Shown here: one piece after another, positions 39,621 to 51,757 of the stretch
Layout of the letters: every line of letters starts with the position of its first letter
How positions within the stretch are numbered: position 1 is the first letter of the stretch
DNA from: Vicugna vicugna
Lineage: Eukaryota
Assembly: GCA_013265495.1 (NCBI GenBank)
Contig: MU058337.1
Span: forward strand, 3,316,686-3,380,685
Length of the DNA stretch: 64,000 bases
Direction: 5' to 3'
Notes under the pieces: model-generated
Told to the model about the DNA's origin: nothing
Databases searched by the model: none
Seen by the model: the letters and a program-made list of their open reading frames with translations, nothing else
Made by a program: the position numbers and the translations under genes

Positions 39621-39979
39621 CTTGTGGAATAAAACTGAAGGAAGACCCGACATAGGGCGAGGCGCCGAAGCCCACCACAATGTCGAAATGGAAAGGCTCT
39701 AAATGCCTGGGGGTAGAGGAACAACCTGCACTGACGACTCATAAAGAAACTGTAAACAGGAACATGGAAGATGCATTAACACTGGGACAAGGGAGGGCAC
39801 GGTTAGTACCGAAAAAGCTACAGTTTGCCATGAATGACAGGCGACATTAAACACAGCAGGGAGCACATAACTGAATTTCACCTCTGACCCCTACAGCCAT
39901 GGATGGTGCCTCTCTGTTCTTCCAAGCTTTAGATTCTGTCTGTTGGGATCTACAGTAAATACTGCCCGGGAGGCTGCAG

Positions 39980-40445
39980 TGAGCAATGGTTATGAGCACG
40001 AGTTTTTGACTAAGAGATACTTGGTCTTGAATTCCTTACCTTTTTCTTTTCTTTTTTGAATTGCAGTGCAGTCAGTTACAATACGCCAATTTCATGTCAA
40101 TGTATGCTGTATACATAACGTCCCAGTCATGCATATATATACATATATTCGTTTTCATTCAAGGTTATTACAAGATATTATACACAGTTCCCTGTGCTGT
40201 ACAGAAGAAATTTGTTTCTTATCTCTTTCTATATATAGTGGTTAAACTTTGCAAATCTTAAACCCCCAAATTTATCCCTTCCCACCTTTTGTGAAGTAGG
40301 CATAATACTGGTTCCTAGTGTTGATTTTAGAAAATAGAGGTGATGATTGAATCCATCATATAAGTTTGCTGTTAAATCTCAGCAGATACGTATTTATAGA
40401 CTGCAGCGCCTGGAACATAGTAAGTCCTCAACTAATGGTAGACAC
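39980..40445 (+). mobile_element. MIR relic interrupted by an L1 3' end
   Basis: Head 'gcaatggttatgagcacgag...ttggtcttgaattcc' and tail 'cagcgcctggaacatagtaagtcctcaactaatggtag' lie on either side of the L1. Confidence 0.6.
40041..40286 (-). mobile_element. 5'-truncated young L1 3' end
   Basis: Closely resembles 25534-25784 ('gtcagttacaat...gtcccagtcat...aaggttattacaagatatt...agttccctgtgctgtacagaagaaa...tttatcccttccc'). Confidence 0.85.
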
Positions 40446-41907
40446 TATCTCCTCCTACCAATAGGTGACTTTTTTGTCCAGACTTGCAGTCTCTGTCATG
40501 CATCGCTGAACTTTTAGCCTGAACTCTGCTGGTTTGCTTTGCTCCAGGGCAGACAGTATCCTAATTGGCAAAAGGATGTATTTTATCTAATTCAGCCGGT
40601 CGCATGTGTGTGCCACCATGAAGATGTGGTTTGGTTTAAGCTGACTTTACTGTGAACACAGTCCTGAGAAATGGCTGGGGCGAAGGGAGATCGGGGCTGG
40701 CATCCTTGGCATAGGCAGAAAGATGTAGCAGAGCCTGAGGCCTCCTGGAGAAATCTCTCTCCACAAACAAGATTTCTGAAGGATCGCATCAGAAAGTTAA
40801 TACTGCAGTAAACGTTGATGGCGCCATTTATGTATTCCATTTACATATATTTCTTCCATGCCTACTCTGTATCAGGTGCTATGCTAAGTGCACAAAATAG
40901 ATATGGTTCTCATAACAGCTCAAGTGAAAAAGACACAAATAAAGAAATCAGGGCATAGGCAAATACATAATTTCTGATTTTCACAAGATCTATGAAGCTT
41001 TTTTTTTTAAAAGAGAGCTTGACACAGAAATAAGGAGAATATCTAATTTAGTTTCAAAAACACGGACTGCCTCTCTGAGCAAGTGACAGGTAAGTAAGAC
41101 ATGACTGGCCCACATGAGCATCCTTCTGTCCACCGGGTCCTTGAAGTGTTCCGTTTTAGAACCCACACCAAAATACAAATCGCCCTTGTCTTCTTTCAGA
41201 AGTCTTCCAATTCACTCATTTGATGGTCAGAATTCTTAAAAAGAGAGGGTTCTATGTATTCAACCTGCATGCGGTGGGGCACAGTTGAAAATTCTTCAGA
41301 CCTAGACTCAATTCCATAGACACACTTGCCTTTTCTGAATTCTGTTTTGATAAGAAGTTCTATAAATTTTAAGAAGCAAATCCAAAGGGAGTCGCACATT
41401 TGGAAGAACATACACATTTTGGCTGTGTGAAAGATAAATGCAGAATGTCTTCCTTTGATCAGAGAGGAGCCCCTGAAGAGTTAACTCCACTGTAGGCACA
41501 GAGGGATAAATCCTTCAGCATCTTTGAATTTCATTCTGACTTTTTAAATGATGCACACTCCTCTGATATTTTAAAGATCACTTGTCATTACATGTTCCTA
41601 ATTTGTCATTTGATAGATTCAAACAGCCCTAAAGAAGCGTCTCTGATTCAAAAGAGTGATTCTTCAATTCCAGGCCCCCCTCTACTTTCTGTCGATGCAG
41701 CAGAGTGTCCCAGCTGAGCTCAAACCAAGATTCCCTTTGAATGTTTGTGAAACTGGTAGGCTGTTCATTTCTCTGGCATCTATTTTTATGATTTGCTCAA
41801 GGGCTTTTACGAGCATTTGTTGGATTTAGGGGTAGAAACAGATGGAGCTATATGCAGAAGTGTGATATACAGGGAGTGGGTGAGAGGGGAGCAGAGGGAT
41901 AAACAGA

Positions 41908-41945
41908 GGCAGAGACAGAGAGAGAGAGAGAGAGGCAGAGAGAGA
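41908..41945. repeat. (GA)-rich simple repeat
   Basis: Directly visible. Confidence 0.8.
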
Positions 41946-42021
41946 AAAGTAAAGTAATGAAATGGCTCTTGACTGCCCCCCTGGGGGATTACCTTTGACA
42001 GTGTGCTGCAGTGAGACTGGT

Positions 42022-42400
42022 TGTATTAAGGTTCTCCAGAGAATTGGTTCCTGCAATTCTGGAAACTGAGAAGTTCCCTGAAGTGCTGTCTGCAAGATAA
42101 AGACCCAGGGAAGCCAGTGGTGTGATTCAGTTTGAGTCCAAAGTTCTAAGGGCCAGACAAGCCAATGGTTGTTTACATCCTAGTCCGAGAACCAGAGAGA
42201 TGAGACAAGATGGCCCAAGGCAAACAGGCGGGCAGGACGCAAAGAAGGGTTGAATCGCCCTTCCTCTGCCTTTTGTGCCATTCCGACCCTCAGCAGATTA
42301 GGTGAGGCCACCCACAAAGGGAAGGCAGTCTACTGGGTCCATGCAGATGCTAATCTAATCTAGAAAACTCCTTCGCAAGCACACCCAGACTTAATGTGCA
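42022..42400 (-). mobile_element. MLT2-type ERVL LTR
   Basis: Begins 'tgtattaaggttctccagaga'; contains 'agacccagggaagccagtggtgtgattcagtttgagtccaaag' and 'gatgctaatctaatctagaaaactcc...acacccaga'. Confidence 0.8.
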
Positions 42401-43112
42401 AATTATAAAATTACTGCAGTCGTCTTAGAATCAGAAGCTAAAGAAGTTATTTTAACCATAGCAGTTTAACAGCAACAGCAAAACCTTTTCAAAAGCTGTG
42501 AGGTCAGGATTATAGGAGTAACTGAAATCTAAATTTGAATGGGGACCAATGCTTCCTTTGTCCAGCTCAGAAACTTGTTGTTGTGTTTCATGAACTTCTG
42601 CACTCCAAGGGCTCATACAATTTTCCAGCAGAGGCAGAGGAAGGTGCTTCAATGAAGAAAGCAGAGCAGATAGAATTGTGTGGAAATTGTTGGAAATGCA
42701 AGGAAATGTGCCCAGCAACACTCAGAGAGGATTCTGTGAAACCACCGAGAGTCACTGCTGCTGAGATCCGGTCGGTACAAAAGATGGATCCTAAAAGTCC
42801 TGCTAACTAGCACATCAGTTTGAGTCAGCACTACTCTCTCATACATTGACAGTAAGACTTTAAAGGAACAGACATATTCGCCAGACCTGGGTTCAGATCA
42901 CCGTGATACCCAACTTCATCATCACAAATAAACAAAGAACAAGGAGGAACTTTTCAGTAAGTTAATGAATCAACAATGAAATCTGTTAGTTGATCTACTG
43001 ACGTTTTCACTCTTCAGATAGTTTAATGTCTTCTTTACAGATGCAGTCATGATTTTAAAATAATATGTGACAAGTGGAGTAATCTTCCCATGCACTTTTT
43101 TTAATGTCACCT

Positions 43113-43722
43113 TATAGCAGGAACATGGGGCATGAGAGGATGGTTGTGTCCTAGGTCTCAGTTGACTCCTTGGGACGTGCCCTGCCAAGTGAGGGCCCCT
43201 GGCTTCACACAGGAAAGAATTCAAGAGGCAGCCACAGTAAAGTGAAGGTGGATTTACTCAGAGAGATACATACTCCATAGACAGAGTGCAGAAGGTTTCA
43301 GAAAGCCAGAGGGGCCACGTGGTGTAGGGGTGCTTAGTTTCAGGTGAAAGTAGACAGACACCCCATAGCGTGTGGGCATTTCTGAAGATGAGAGGGAGCA
43401 AGAGGGAGGCCTCAGGTGTGGGGTTGTTCGTTTTTATGGGTTTGGTAACTTCATATGCTAACAAACTGGGAGGATTATTCCAACTACTTTGGGGAAGGGG
43501 TTGGGGTTCCCAGGAGCTGGTCTACCACCCACTTTTTGACCTTTTATGGTTGCCTTTAGAACTGTCATGGTGCCTGTGGGAGTGCCACTTAGCATGCGAT
43601 TGCATTTCAATGAGCATATAATTAAGATCAAGGTCTACGGGAAGTTGAACCTTCTGCCATCTTGGTGTTAGTTGCTCATCATTCTTTTAATGGTTATGCC
43701 CTCCCCCTTCCCACCTGTCTCA
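43113..43722 (-). mobile_element. MER41-like ERV1 solo LTR (copy A)
   Basis: Reverse complement begins TGAGACAG and aligns by eye along its length with 46424-47081; near-TSD acct/acat. Confidence 0.85.
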
Positions 43723-44109
43723 ACATCATTGAGTTGTTTTTTTTTTTAAATGAAATTATAACAAGATGGTTCCAATACTGTATTTATAACTTGAAATGAT
43801 AGGATCTAATCTTTGTGTCCTGTTTCACTCTTACCTTATTAAAGCCACAAATCTGAAAATCAGCAATTAATTAGGTGACACTTTTAGGTTAGTTATCCTC
43901 CTGGCTTTCTTGAAATAATTGGGTCAATTTATTTTATCACCTGGCTATTCAAAAAGCTGACTTAGTCTTTGTCACATGTTCAGAAATCAAATACTCACCT
44001 AAGGACACATAAGAAAAAAATACAACATAACAAAATAAAACACACACATACACAAAAACCCACAAATGGGTTCTGAAAGAGTAGATCTTTTTTTAATGTT
44101 CTCAACATT

Positions 44110-44590
44110 TTCTGTCATCACACTTTTACATCTAGAAACTTGCTACTCTTCCGTCAAATGGTAGAACTTCTCTCTCCTCTTCTTGAACTTAGTGAGTCAT
44201 CGAGATCGCTGCAACTAATAGAATAAGAAAGAAATGATGCTGTGTGATTGAAATCAGACCATAAAATGGGACAGAACTTTTTTCTTTATCTCTTCTATTC
44301 ACTGTGAAATTTAAGACACATGGAGAAAGTCATGAGGGGAGGAACTAAAGTCTCAGCCCTCATCTTTAGCTGATCTCCTGGTTAAGAGCCAGCGGAAACC
44401 CTCCAGCCATGTGAGCAGTGGATCATGTTGGAAATGGACTGTCCAGCCTTCAGGGGCGTCGGCTCCGCTGGTGTTCCATGTAGTACTGCCAAGTCCTGTC
44501 AAAATTACAGATTTGTTTAAGAAAAAAATTGGCATTTTTTTTAAGACTTGAGGTTTGGAGTTTATTTTGAAGCAATAAATAATGAGAATA
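44110..44590 (+). mobile_element. MLT1-type MaLR LTR
   Basis: 'aactaatagaataagaaagaaatgatgctgtgtga', 'cagccatgtgagcag', end 'tttggagtttattttgaagcaataaataatgagaata'. Confidence 0.65.
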
Positions 44591-45111
44591 TTAAATGCTA
44601 AAAGAATTTACGTTATCTAGCATTGATAAATAAGGCAAGATGAGAGCTTCAGGTGTTTTAGCTGGTATATTGGAGCGCTGTATGACAGGTCTTCCAAAGG
44701 GGTATTGAATTTTCTGGCTGATGCAGCTTGGTTTGGCTCATTATACACACTTGATTAAGACACAGGCTCCGTAAAGTTACATGCAAGCTGGTATATTTTT
44801 TTCCTCCAAAAAAATACAAATGATTTCTGTCCTACAGAGAGAATAACCATAAAGTTTAACCAGTTAATGCCTACAGGGCAGCAACCAGTTTCGATCTAAG
44901 AGCAAACACATTTCTGTATTCCTTCCACCATTCTGAATATGGACACTCAGTATCTTAAGATGATTTGAACCAGATTTGCTGTCCTATTTATCACCTCACT
45001 AGTGAGCTAAGAAAAGCTTTGATATGTGTTTATATTAGAATGATGGTCATATCTTTAACTTTTTTGAAAAATATATTATGACACGGGTAAACTAAGTTTA
45101 GTTTAAATTGA

Positions 45112-46370
45112 GGGGAGCCTATGGTGTCACTGAAAATGGCAGAGGAAGGCCCTCCAAAAATGATCTCCAACACAACAGCAAGCAAGAAGCTGGCAGAAAT
45201 GTTCAGAATCAGTATTTTAGAACTCTGAAAGTAACAAAATGCTTGCAGCAATATGGAGAGTATTTATTCAAGTTAAATGCTGAATTTCAGTAAGAAGAGT
45301 GAGCCTTGTGGCATTTTTACTTCTGCTGTTTCCACCCTTCTCTGTCGCTTTACATCAGCCTTGAAATCCAACAGCCGTAATCACAGTGAAAGCTGGTTGT
45401 CTGTCAGCCACTGGAGGGGGAGAGCAAGGGTGGTGCCCCTTCAAAACCCAGTTCCTAGGTAGGTATTATTATTTGACCTATCGGGGGATTCCCTGAAGAT
45501 TCCACTTGCAGGGATATTTTTATGGGACCTCACTCAGAGCTCACCCAGGGTAAAGGCTTTTGCTCTAGAGCCAACTGCCAAAATCAATTAGAGGCAATTT
45601 ATTTTCAGCTGCCCAAGGCAGTAGATAAGAGCTGAAGAAAGCAATAGGGTAACAGAAAGGCTTAGAAGGAAAAACTGGGGAGAGAGATGCTATAAGCACT
45701 TTGGAAAACTCTGACATATTATTGAGAATCTAGACGGGCTCTAAGCACGTGTAGGGCTGTACGCATGTCAGGAAAGCCATGAAAAGATGCTAACCTCTCA
45801 CCTGTGCCTTGAGGGTCAAGGAAGACTTGAAACAGAGGTGCTGACTGCCCTGCTGAGTGTCGAAGCCACGCCCACGATGTGCAAAGAGCGCTTTGGCAAA
45901 GATGGGAGATTAATGGTTCCAAGCATGTAAGTAAATATGTGACCAGCGACTGGCTGGCCCTTTCATGAGCCAATCAGAGGAGTCAGTGACCATACGTGAC
46001 AAAAAATAAAAATTTTATGGTTAGTTCAGAAAAGCCACTAAAAAAAAAAGCTATCACAACACCAACAAACCTTGGGAATGAAAAAGATCTGATTTCTAGA
46101 GTTTCCACATTATGTAATTTAAAATGTCCAGTTTTCAACAACAAAAAAAATCATAAGACATGCAAAGAAATAAGAAAGTATGTTTATACACAAAAATAAA
46201 AGTGATCGATGTAAACTCCCTGTGGAACCCCAGACACTGGGGCTACCAGACGAAGACTTTAAATCAGCTGCTTTACATATGTCCCAGGGGCTAAAAGACA
46301 TCACCTTCAAAGAAATAAAGGATCCAACGCGAATGATATCTCAGCAGAGATTTCAGTAAGGAAGCAATGA
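45112..46370 (+). mobile_element. Old L1M 5' end (5' UTR and start of ORF1), degenerate
   Basis: 'aaaatggcagaggaaggccctccaaaaa...cagaatcagtattttagaactctgaaa'; ORF1-like 'cccagacactggggctaccagacgaagactttaaatcagct'. Confidence 0.75.
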
Positions 46371-46423
46371 AGCTACCAACACAATTTTACCAAAGGTGCT
46401 ACGAGTGGCATGTCAGATACAAA

Positions 46424-47081
46424 TGAGACCAGAAGGGGGCAGGGCACAGCGATTCAAGGAACACTACAGCAATTAACATCAAAATGGTGAAAGATTAAAC
46501 CCCCAGTCGGCCTTGAGGCTCAAGATAGTGGGAGGTTTGACTTCTAGCAGATCTTGAGCTTCATTATATGTTCATTGTAATATAGTAACGTGGTGAATAA
46601 CACGCCTCCAGGTGCCATGGCAGTCCCAAGGCTAGCCACAAAAGGTCAAAGGGTGGGAAATGGCCAACTTCCTGGGAATCCCAGCCCCTTCCCCAGGCCA
46701 CTTAGACTGGCCCTTCCACTTATTAGCACTTGAAGCCACCAAGCCCATAAAAACTGGCAACAGGGTGCCTCGGGGCCACTGCCCACTCTCTCTCCCTCTC
46801 CTGAGATGGCCCGCACTCTGTTTAGGGAGTGTATACCTACTTTTAATCTGAGCACCCAACCCCCACACCTCCTGGATTTTCTCTTGCCTTCTGAAACAGT
46901 CTGCACTCTGTCTATGGAGTATGTATCTCTCTGAATAAATCTACCTTTACTCAACTGTGGCTCGCTCTTGAATTCTTTCCTGCATGAAGCCAAGGACCCA
47001 CACTTGGCGGGGCCCGTCGCAGGGGCTCAACAGACGCCTGGGACACGGCCCTCCTTACCCCCACATGTTTTTCCTGCATCA
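46424..47081 (+). mobile_element. MER41-like ERV1 solo LTR (copy B)
   Basis: TG...CA termini; near-TSD caaa/taaa; AATAAA near 46934; duplicated 'gcactctgt.ta.ggagt' motif; 'ggctcgctcttgaattctttcctgcatgaagccaaggaccc' as in MER41-family LTRs. Confidence 0.85.
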
Positions 47082-47114
47082 TAAATAAGCTTCGTTCAAC
47101 AATCAGTTCGTAAA

Positions 47115-47322
47115 TCTTGGTCTTCAAACTTCAGCTTGGCAAGGAGCATCTCAGAAGATTGCTAAGTAAGTGGATTTCCTCAGTTTCTAGCAGAAATGCC
47201 ATTGTATGCAACTTGGTTGAATCATGGCGTTAAGATGGGTCCTGATTGTCTGCATTCTTTAAACAAAGATCGAAAACACGCCTGAGGCAAGTATCTTAGC
47301 AAATTGCACTTTGAGAAATACA
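47115..47322. mobile_element. MER5-like hAT-Charlie relic
   Basis: 'ggtcttcaaactt...tctgcattctttaaacaa...cactttgagaaatac'. Confidence 0.5.
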
Positions 47323-49741
47323 TCCATGTCACTGCTTTTGTTTGCTGGTTTCTTTTGATTATATAAACACTGTGTTCAGGCTGATTACGTATCTAAGAAA
47401 AGCTGAAACAGTTTTGATTTGAAAGTTTAAAGATATCAAATTTATTATTTGATAGAATATACATTTAGACTGTGAAAGTAATCGTGGTCAATTTCTTAAA
47501 GAGTTTAACTTTGGGGTAAATAATTACAGAAACTAATACACACATACATTTGTTGAGTTCATATCTTCAATATTCATGTATATATATTGCATATTACCTA
47601 ACAGAGTACCCGACACCAGTTACCAAAGCCAGAGGAGGACTCCAACTAGACAAGACAAGACAGCAAAGATCATCACTGCGCCAACCACTAGAAATAGAAA
47701 TCCAACCGCTTCTGCCCATTGTATGTTGGGACCTGAGATACCAAAGAAAATGCAAAGTAGTCAAACCCTTCATAGAGCGGTGCTTTCCTCACATAGAGGA
47801 GAGACAGATGGAGAAAGATCAGCCTCAGTGGTAGGCACCGCCCTGTTCTGCCCGTCCTCACAGGGAGGGGACAGTGGGGTTGGCCAGGTACCATGGGATA
47901 CACATACTTTAAGTACAGAAAAAGAGCACTGACTGAAACAAGGCATTCACACATACGCGCAGTGGTAAGCCCACAGTTTGTACTGGCTCTTCGTTTCTTG
48001 GTAAGGAACTGGTCCAGCCCCAAGGCCCAGTCTTTAGCAGCTAATTGGGGGTTGGAAGATTGCGTGCCTGAGACTGCCTTTCCCAACGCTACAAAGGTTC
48101 TTGAAGCAGAGTTCTGCTCCTGGGTTTGGAAGCCCGGGACAGACCACAGTGCATTAAAGCTTAAGAAGCATTACTGAAAAGAGCTTCAAGACAGGGTGCT
48201 CACTGAAACATTAACCTTATGCCACCTCCCGTTGCTTAGAGAAGTCGTCTCAAAACAGCGTGGTCCTGTGTCACTGCAGCGGCACATACGCAGAAATCAT
48301 GACCAGTAAATAAGAATCCGAACAGATTTGTGTATTTAGCTACACATTTACAAATATATTGCTACCATTTCAAATATCAGCTAGTCGTAAATATTAATTC
48401 TTTCATCATTATATAAGTAGATATAGAAGGTCTAATATTTTCTTCCTGTGCTCCGATAAGAAACCCACTCTAACTGGGAGAGTCCTGGTTGAGGGAAACC
48501 CCTGCTTGCTGGCTGTTATTGCAATGGCTGTGTCATCTCTGAATAAAGTTTTCTCCTATATTTCTCGTCATATGTGAGCTGATCGATAAATGTTCTGTTT
48601 CTTTAAGATAGTAATGTATTCCCAATCTACAGTGAGATTGCAATGAGTTTGGAACACCATGATGCTGGATGAACAAGTAACTGATTTAGTCAATAATCAA
48701 AGCTATTATGGTTTAAATCATAGAAATACCATGTGGCATGGAGACAAGTCTGCTTACAGGTTTTCAATACTGTTCTACCGTCCTACCTGGGAAGGCTCAC
48801 AGTAGCGCAGGCAATGCTATCACATGCGGTGTTTCAGTGGCTTAAGCCTTTCTAACACCGTCCAAATTCACTCTTAATATGTACATGAAAACATCACATG
48901 AAGAAAGGAAAAAAATTCTTTTAGGTTCTTTCTGCAAGCCAATGGGCGTTCTTCTGGCCAAAGCAACTCTAATATTTTACTTATAATGCCATCAAATCAG
49001 GCTTGTGCCTCTGTCACTAATTCTGCATTGCTTCTGGCTCCCTGGTGGTGGTCGTGCTAGTGTCTATGCGGTTTGGATCATTTAAATCATAGATGCCTGC
49101 AAACTATTTTCAAGAACTAGAGCCTATTTTTCTCTTTCCAATATTTTTTTTTGTGTGTTTCATATTTGAACTTTGGAAAATTACTGCCGAAATTGAGGCA
49201 ACTTCTTAGTTTCATATAGTGGATAATATTTTATATTTATTTCAATAGCACTGACTTTCAAATGCTATAATTTTAATCCCATCTAAAAGCAACAGTTGAA
49301 AACGACGTGAGTCAAAAAAGAAAATGAATAGTTTAAATCCTCGGATGTGGCGTACATACCCTTTTTCAATTCAACGTTGCTGAATTTGTCTCCTAATCTT
49401 CTCTAAAATGCTCAGCAGGAACTTTCCGAGGGCCCATTAGAAGCAATCACTGCATGGTCAAACGTGGGGGGAAAGGAGTGTTGTGTTTTCGAAGAGGGAA
49501 TAGGATTTAAAACACAACCTGTGATCAATAGTTTGCTATTATTCTTCGGGCTTCAAACCTTGGTTTCTTTCATGAAGCCCTATGCTGTTAAAATTTCAAA
49601 TGCTTATTTGACTAACAGTTTCACTAAATTATAGGAAATTAGCATGGAGGGTGTTTTGAGTAATTTAACTATTTTTTCAAAATTTTTTAAGATAAAAAGA
49701 GAAACAGGATTAGAGCTTATTGAAAAAGAAAACAGGCATTT

Positions 49742-49873
49742 TATTTTTTCTTTTTTGTTGCAGGGGGAGCAGTAACTAGGTTTATTTATTTATAGAGGAG
49801 GTACTGGAGGCTGAACCCAGGACCACATGTGCGCTAAGCATGCGCTCTACCACTTGCACAATACCCTTTCCCC
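49742..49873 (-). mobile_element. Full-length tRNA-Ala-like (Vic-1-type) camelid SINE
   Basis: Reverse complement 'ggggaaagggtattgtgcaagtggtagagcgcatgcttagc...gtcctgggttcagcctccagtacctcc' with A-rich tail; TSD agaaaacaggcattt (49727-49741) / agaaaataggtattt (49874-49888). Confidence 0.9.
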
Positions 49874-50120
49874 AGAAAATAGGTATTTCACTTTTAAGTA
49901 TTTCATGAAGACAATCTTGCTGAATGGCTATTTAACATTGTTAATAGTTTAGTATTTTCAAAGTGGAGACAACACCAGAAATTCTATCCCTACATGTGTG
50001 AAAGGCAATATATATTGGCCCTTAAAAGGAAATAAAAATACAGATTAGCAAAAAGAAGGTTTATTCATAACCATAATCCCACTACAGTGAGTATTTGAGA
50101 AATTTTTCCATATATTCCTA

Positions 50121-50180
50121 CTTCTTTCTCTTTCTCTGCCTGCCTGTCTGTCTGTCTATCTATCTATCTATCCATCTATT
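50121..50180. repeat. Compound tetranucleotide repeat (CTTT/CTGC/CTGT/CTAT)
   Basis: Directly visible. Confidence 0.75.
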
Positions 50181-51737
50181 TATATCAACTGACTTATGAT
50201 ATGGGAATCATACCATTTATAATCTCATAAAGCAAGAAGGTATTTTTTAACTAAGCTATGTACATACAGATTACCACATGCATCACCACTGCAGGTACTT
50301 TGAAGAACCCCCCATGATATTTATAATGAAGTCCTGGTTACGCCACCAGAAGGAAACTCATTAAAGAGGCAAGTCAATAAAGATCCCAAACAGACACCGC
50401 CCTCCAAATCCAACCGCACGGCACAGTGACCAGATACAGATCACTCCTCTCTTGAAGTCGTGGAGTCTCTGATGAGGTTAATAACCAAGTTTTTAGCAAC
50501 AACAACAAAAAAGACAAACTTTCAGGGTAGAAAATGTCACTTGAACCAGACCTGTGAGCAACCCAGGTCCTTCAAAGGACCAATGGTGATCTTGCAAGCT
50601 TCTGATTTTAGACTGTGTGGCTGAGGCCTCTGGTGGTCTCAGCTAGTATCCCCAGCCCTGAGTGGGGACACATCATTGTCCTCATGAAGGGATCTATGTA
50701 GCCTATGCACCATTTCAGCCCCAAATGTGGGAAGCCAAAACTCCTCTGTTGACTCTGTTGTTTGTTGGCTGGCAGCCTGTGCCGTCATACTGAAGTTCTG
50801 GGGGAAGCCTACCTCGCACCAGATGGACTGGCTTCTGTAGAACTCATCTGAGTGCCCCCATGCCTGCTCTCGGTGTTTCCAGGGCTACCTCAACGATGCA
50901 TTCAACTGCCTGCAAGTTAGTCTGGCACAAAAAGACAGAAGCCTGTGAACCACAATCCACAATTCTATCAGAACCACTACTAAACATGTCATCTGAATTC
51001 TCAGCAAATTGCATGCCATTTAAGACCTCAAAAGAGAGGAACCCTGAGATTTTCACAAGGAAAAAGAGTTACGCTTTTGAAGGAACATATAGCAAAATAT
51101 TTATATGACATTTTTATTCTAAATATCACAATTGCAGTTTTCTAACTTCTTTTTTAGTTTTAGTAATTTGAAATGATATACTAATGCTCACTTCTTCACA
51201 TGCCCAATTAAACTAGCTTTATCTATGCTTGTGAAGGCATAAAATGCCTGTAGATGAACCATTGTTTTAAAATATGACTTATGCTTTTTACCAACTTATT
51301 TATTCAACATCTAGATTAAACATTTTTGTTCTGACAGCAGTTTACTTAAGGATGCTGTGGGACAAATGTGAGCTCTTAAATACAAGTAATTAGTTTAATG
51401 TATACCTAACATATAGGACAGACAGGTGATATCAAATAACATATTGATTGTAATACAGATCTTTTCATTTGCAAGTCTTGCTTCTCAGAACTAAGGAGGT
51501 TTTCCTGGAAAGCTTGTGATTTTCTTTCCTTTGTTTTGGCACATATTATTCAAATTATGGAAGTGGGGGTAGGCGAGGGGGAGTCTGTGAAAGAGAGAGA
51601 AGGAGGAAAGAAGGGATGAAAGGAAAGTCTTATAAGTTCAGGAGGAAAACTGGGGATGTGGGATCACCGAGTGCATGCTCATTTTTCCCAAACTCTCCTA
51701 CTATGTTTTGCACAACACTCTAATTACTTGAGAGGGG

Positions 51738-51757
51738 TGTGTGTGTGTGTGTGTGTG
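51738..51757. repeat. (GT)n microsatellite
   Basis: Directly visible. Confidence 0.85.

Noticed and set aside
43113..47081. A single provirus or composite transposon bounded by the two LTRs
   Set aside because: The LTRs are inverted and diverged, have separate TSDs, and enclose no gag/pol/env or transposase.
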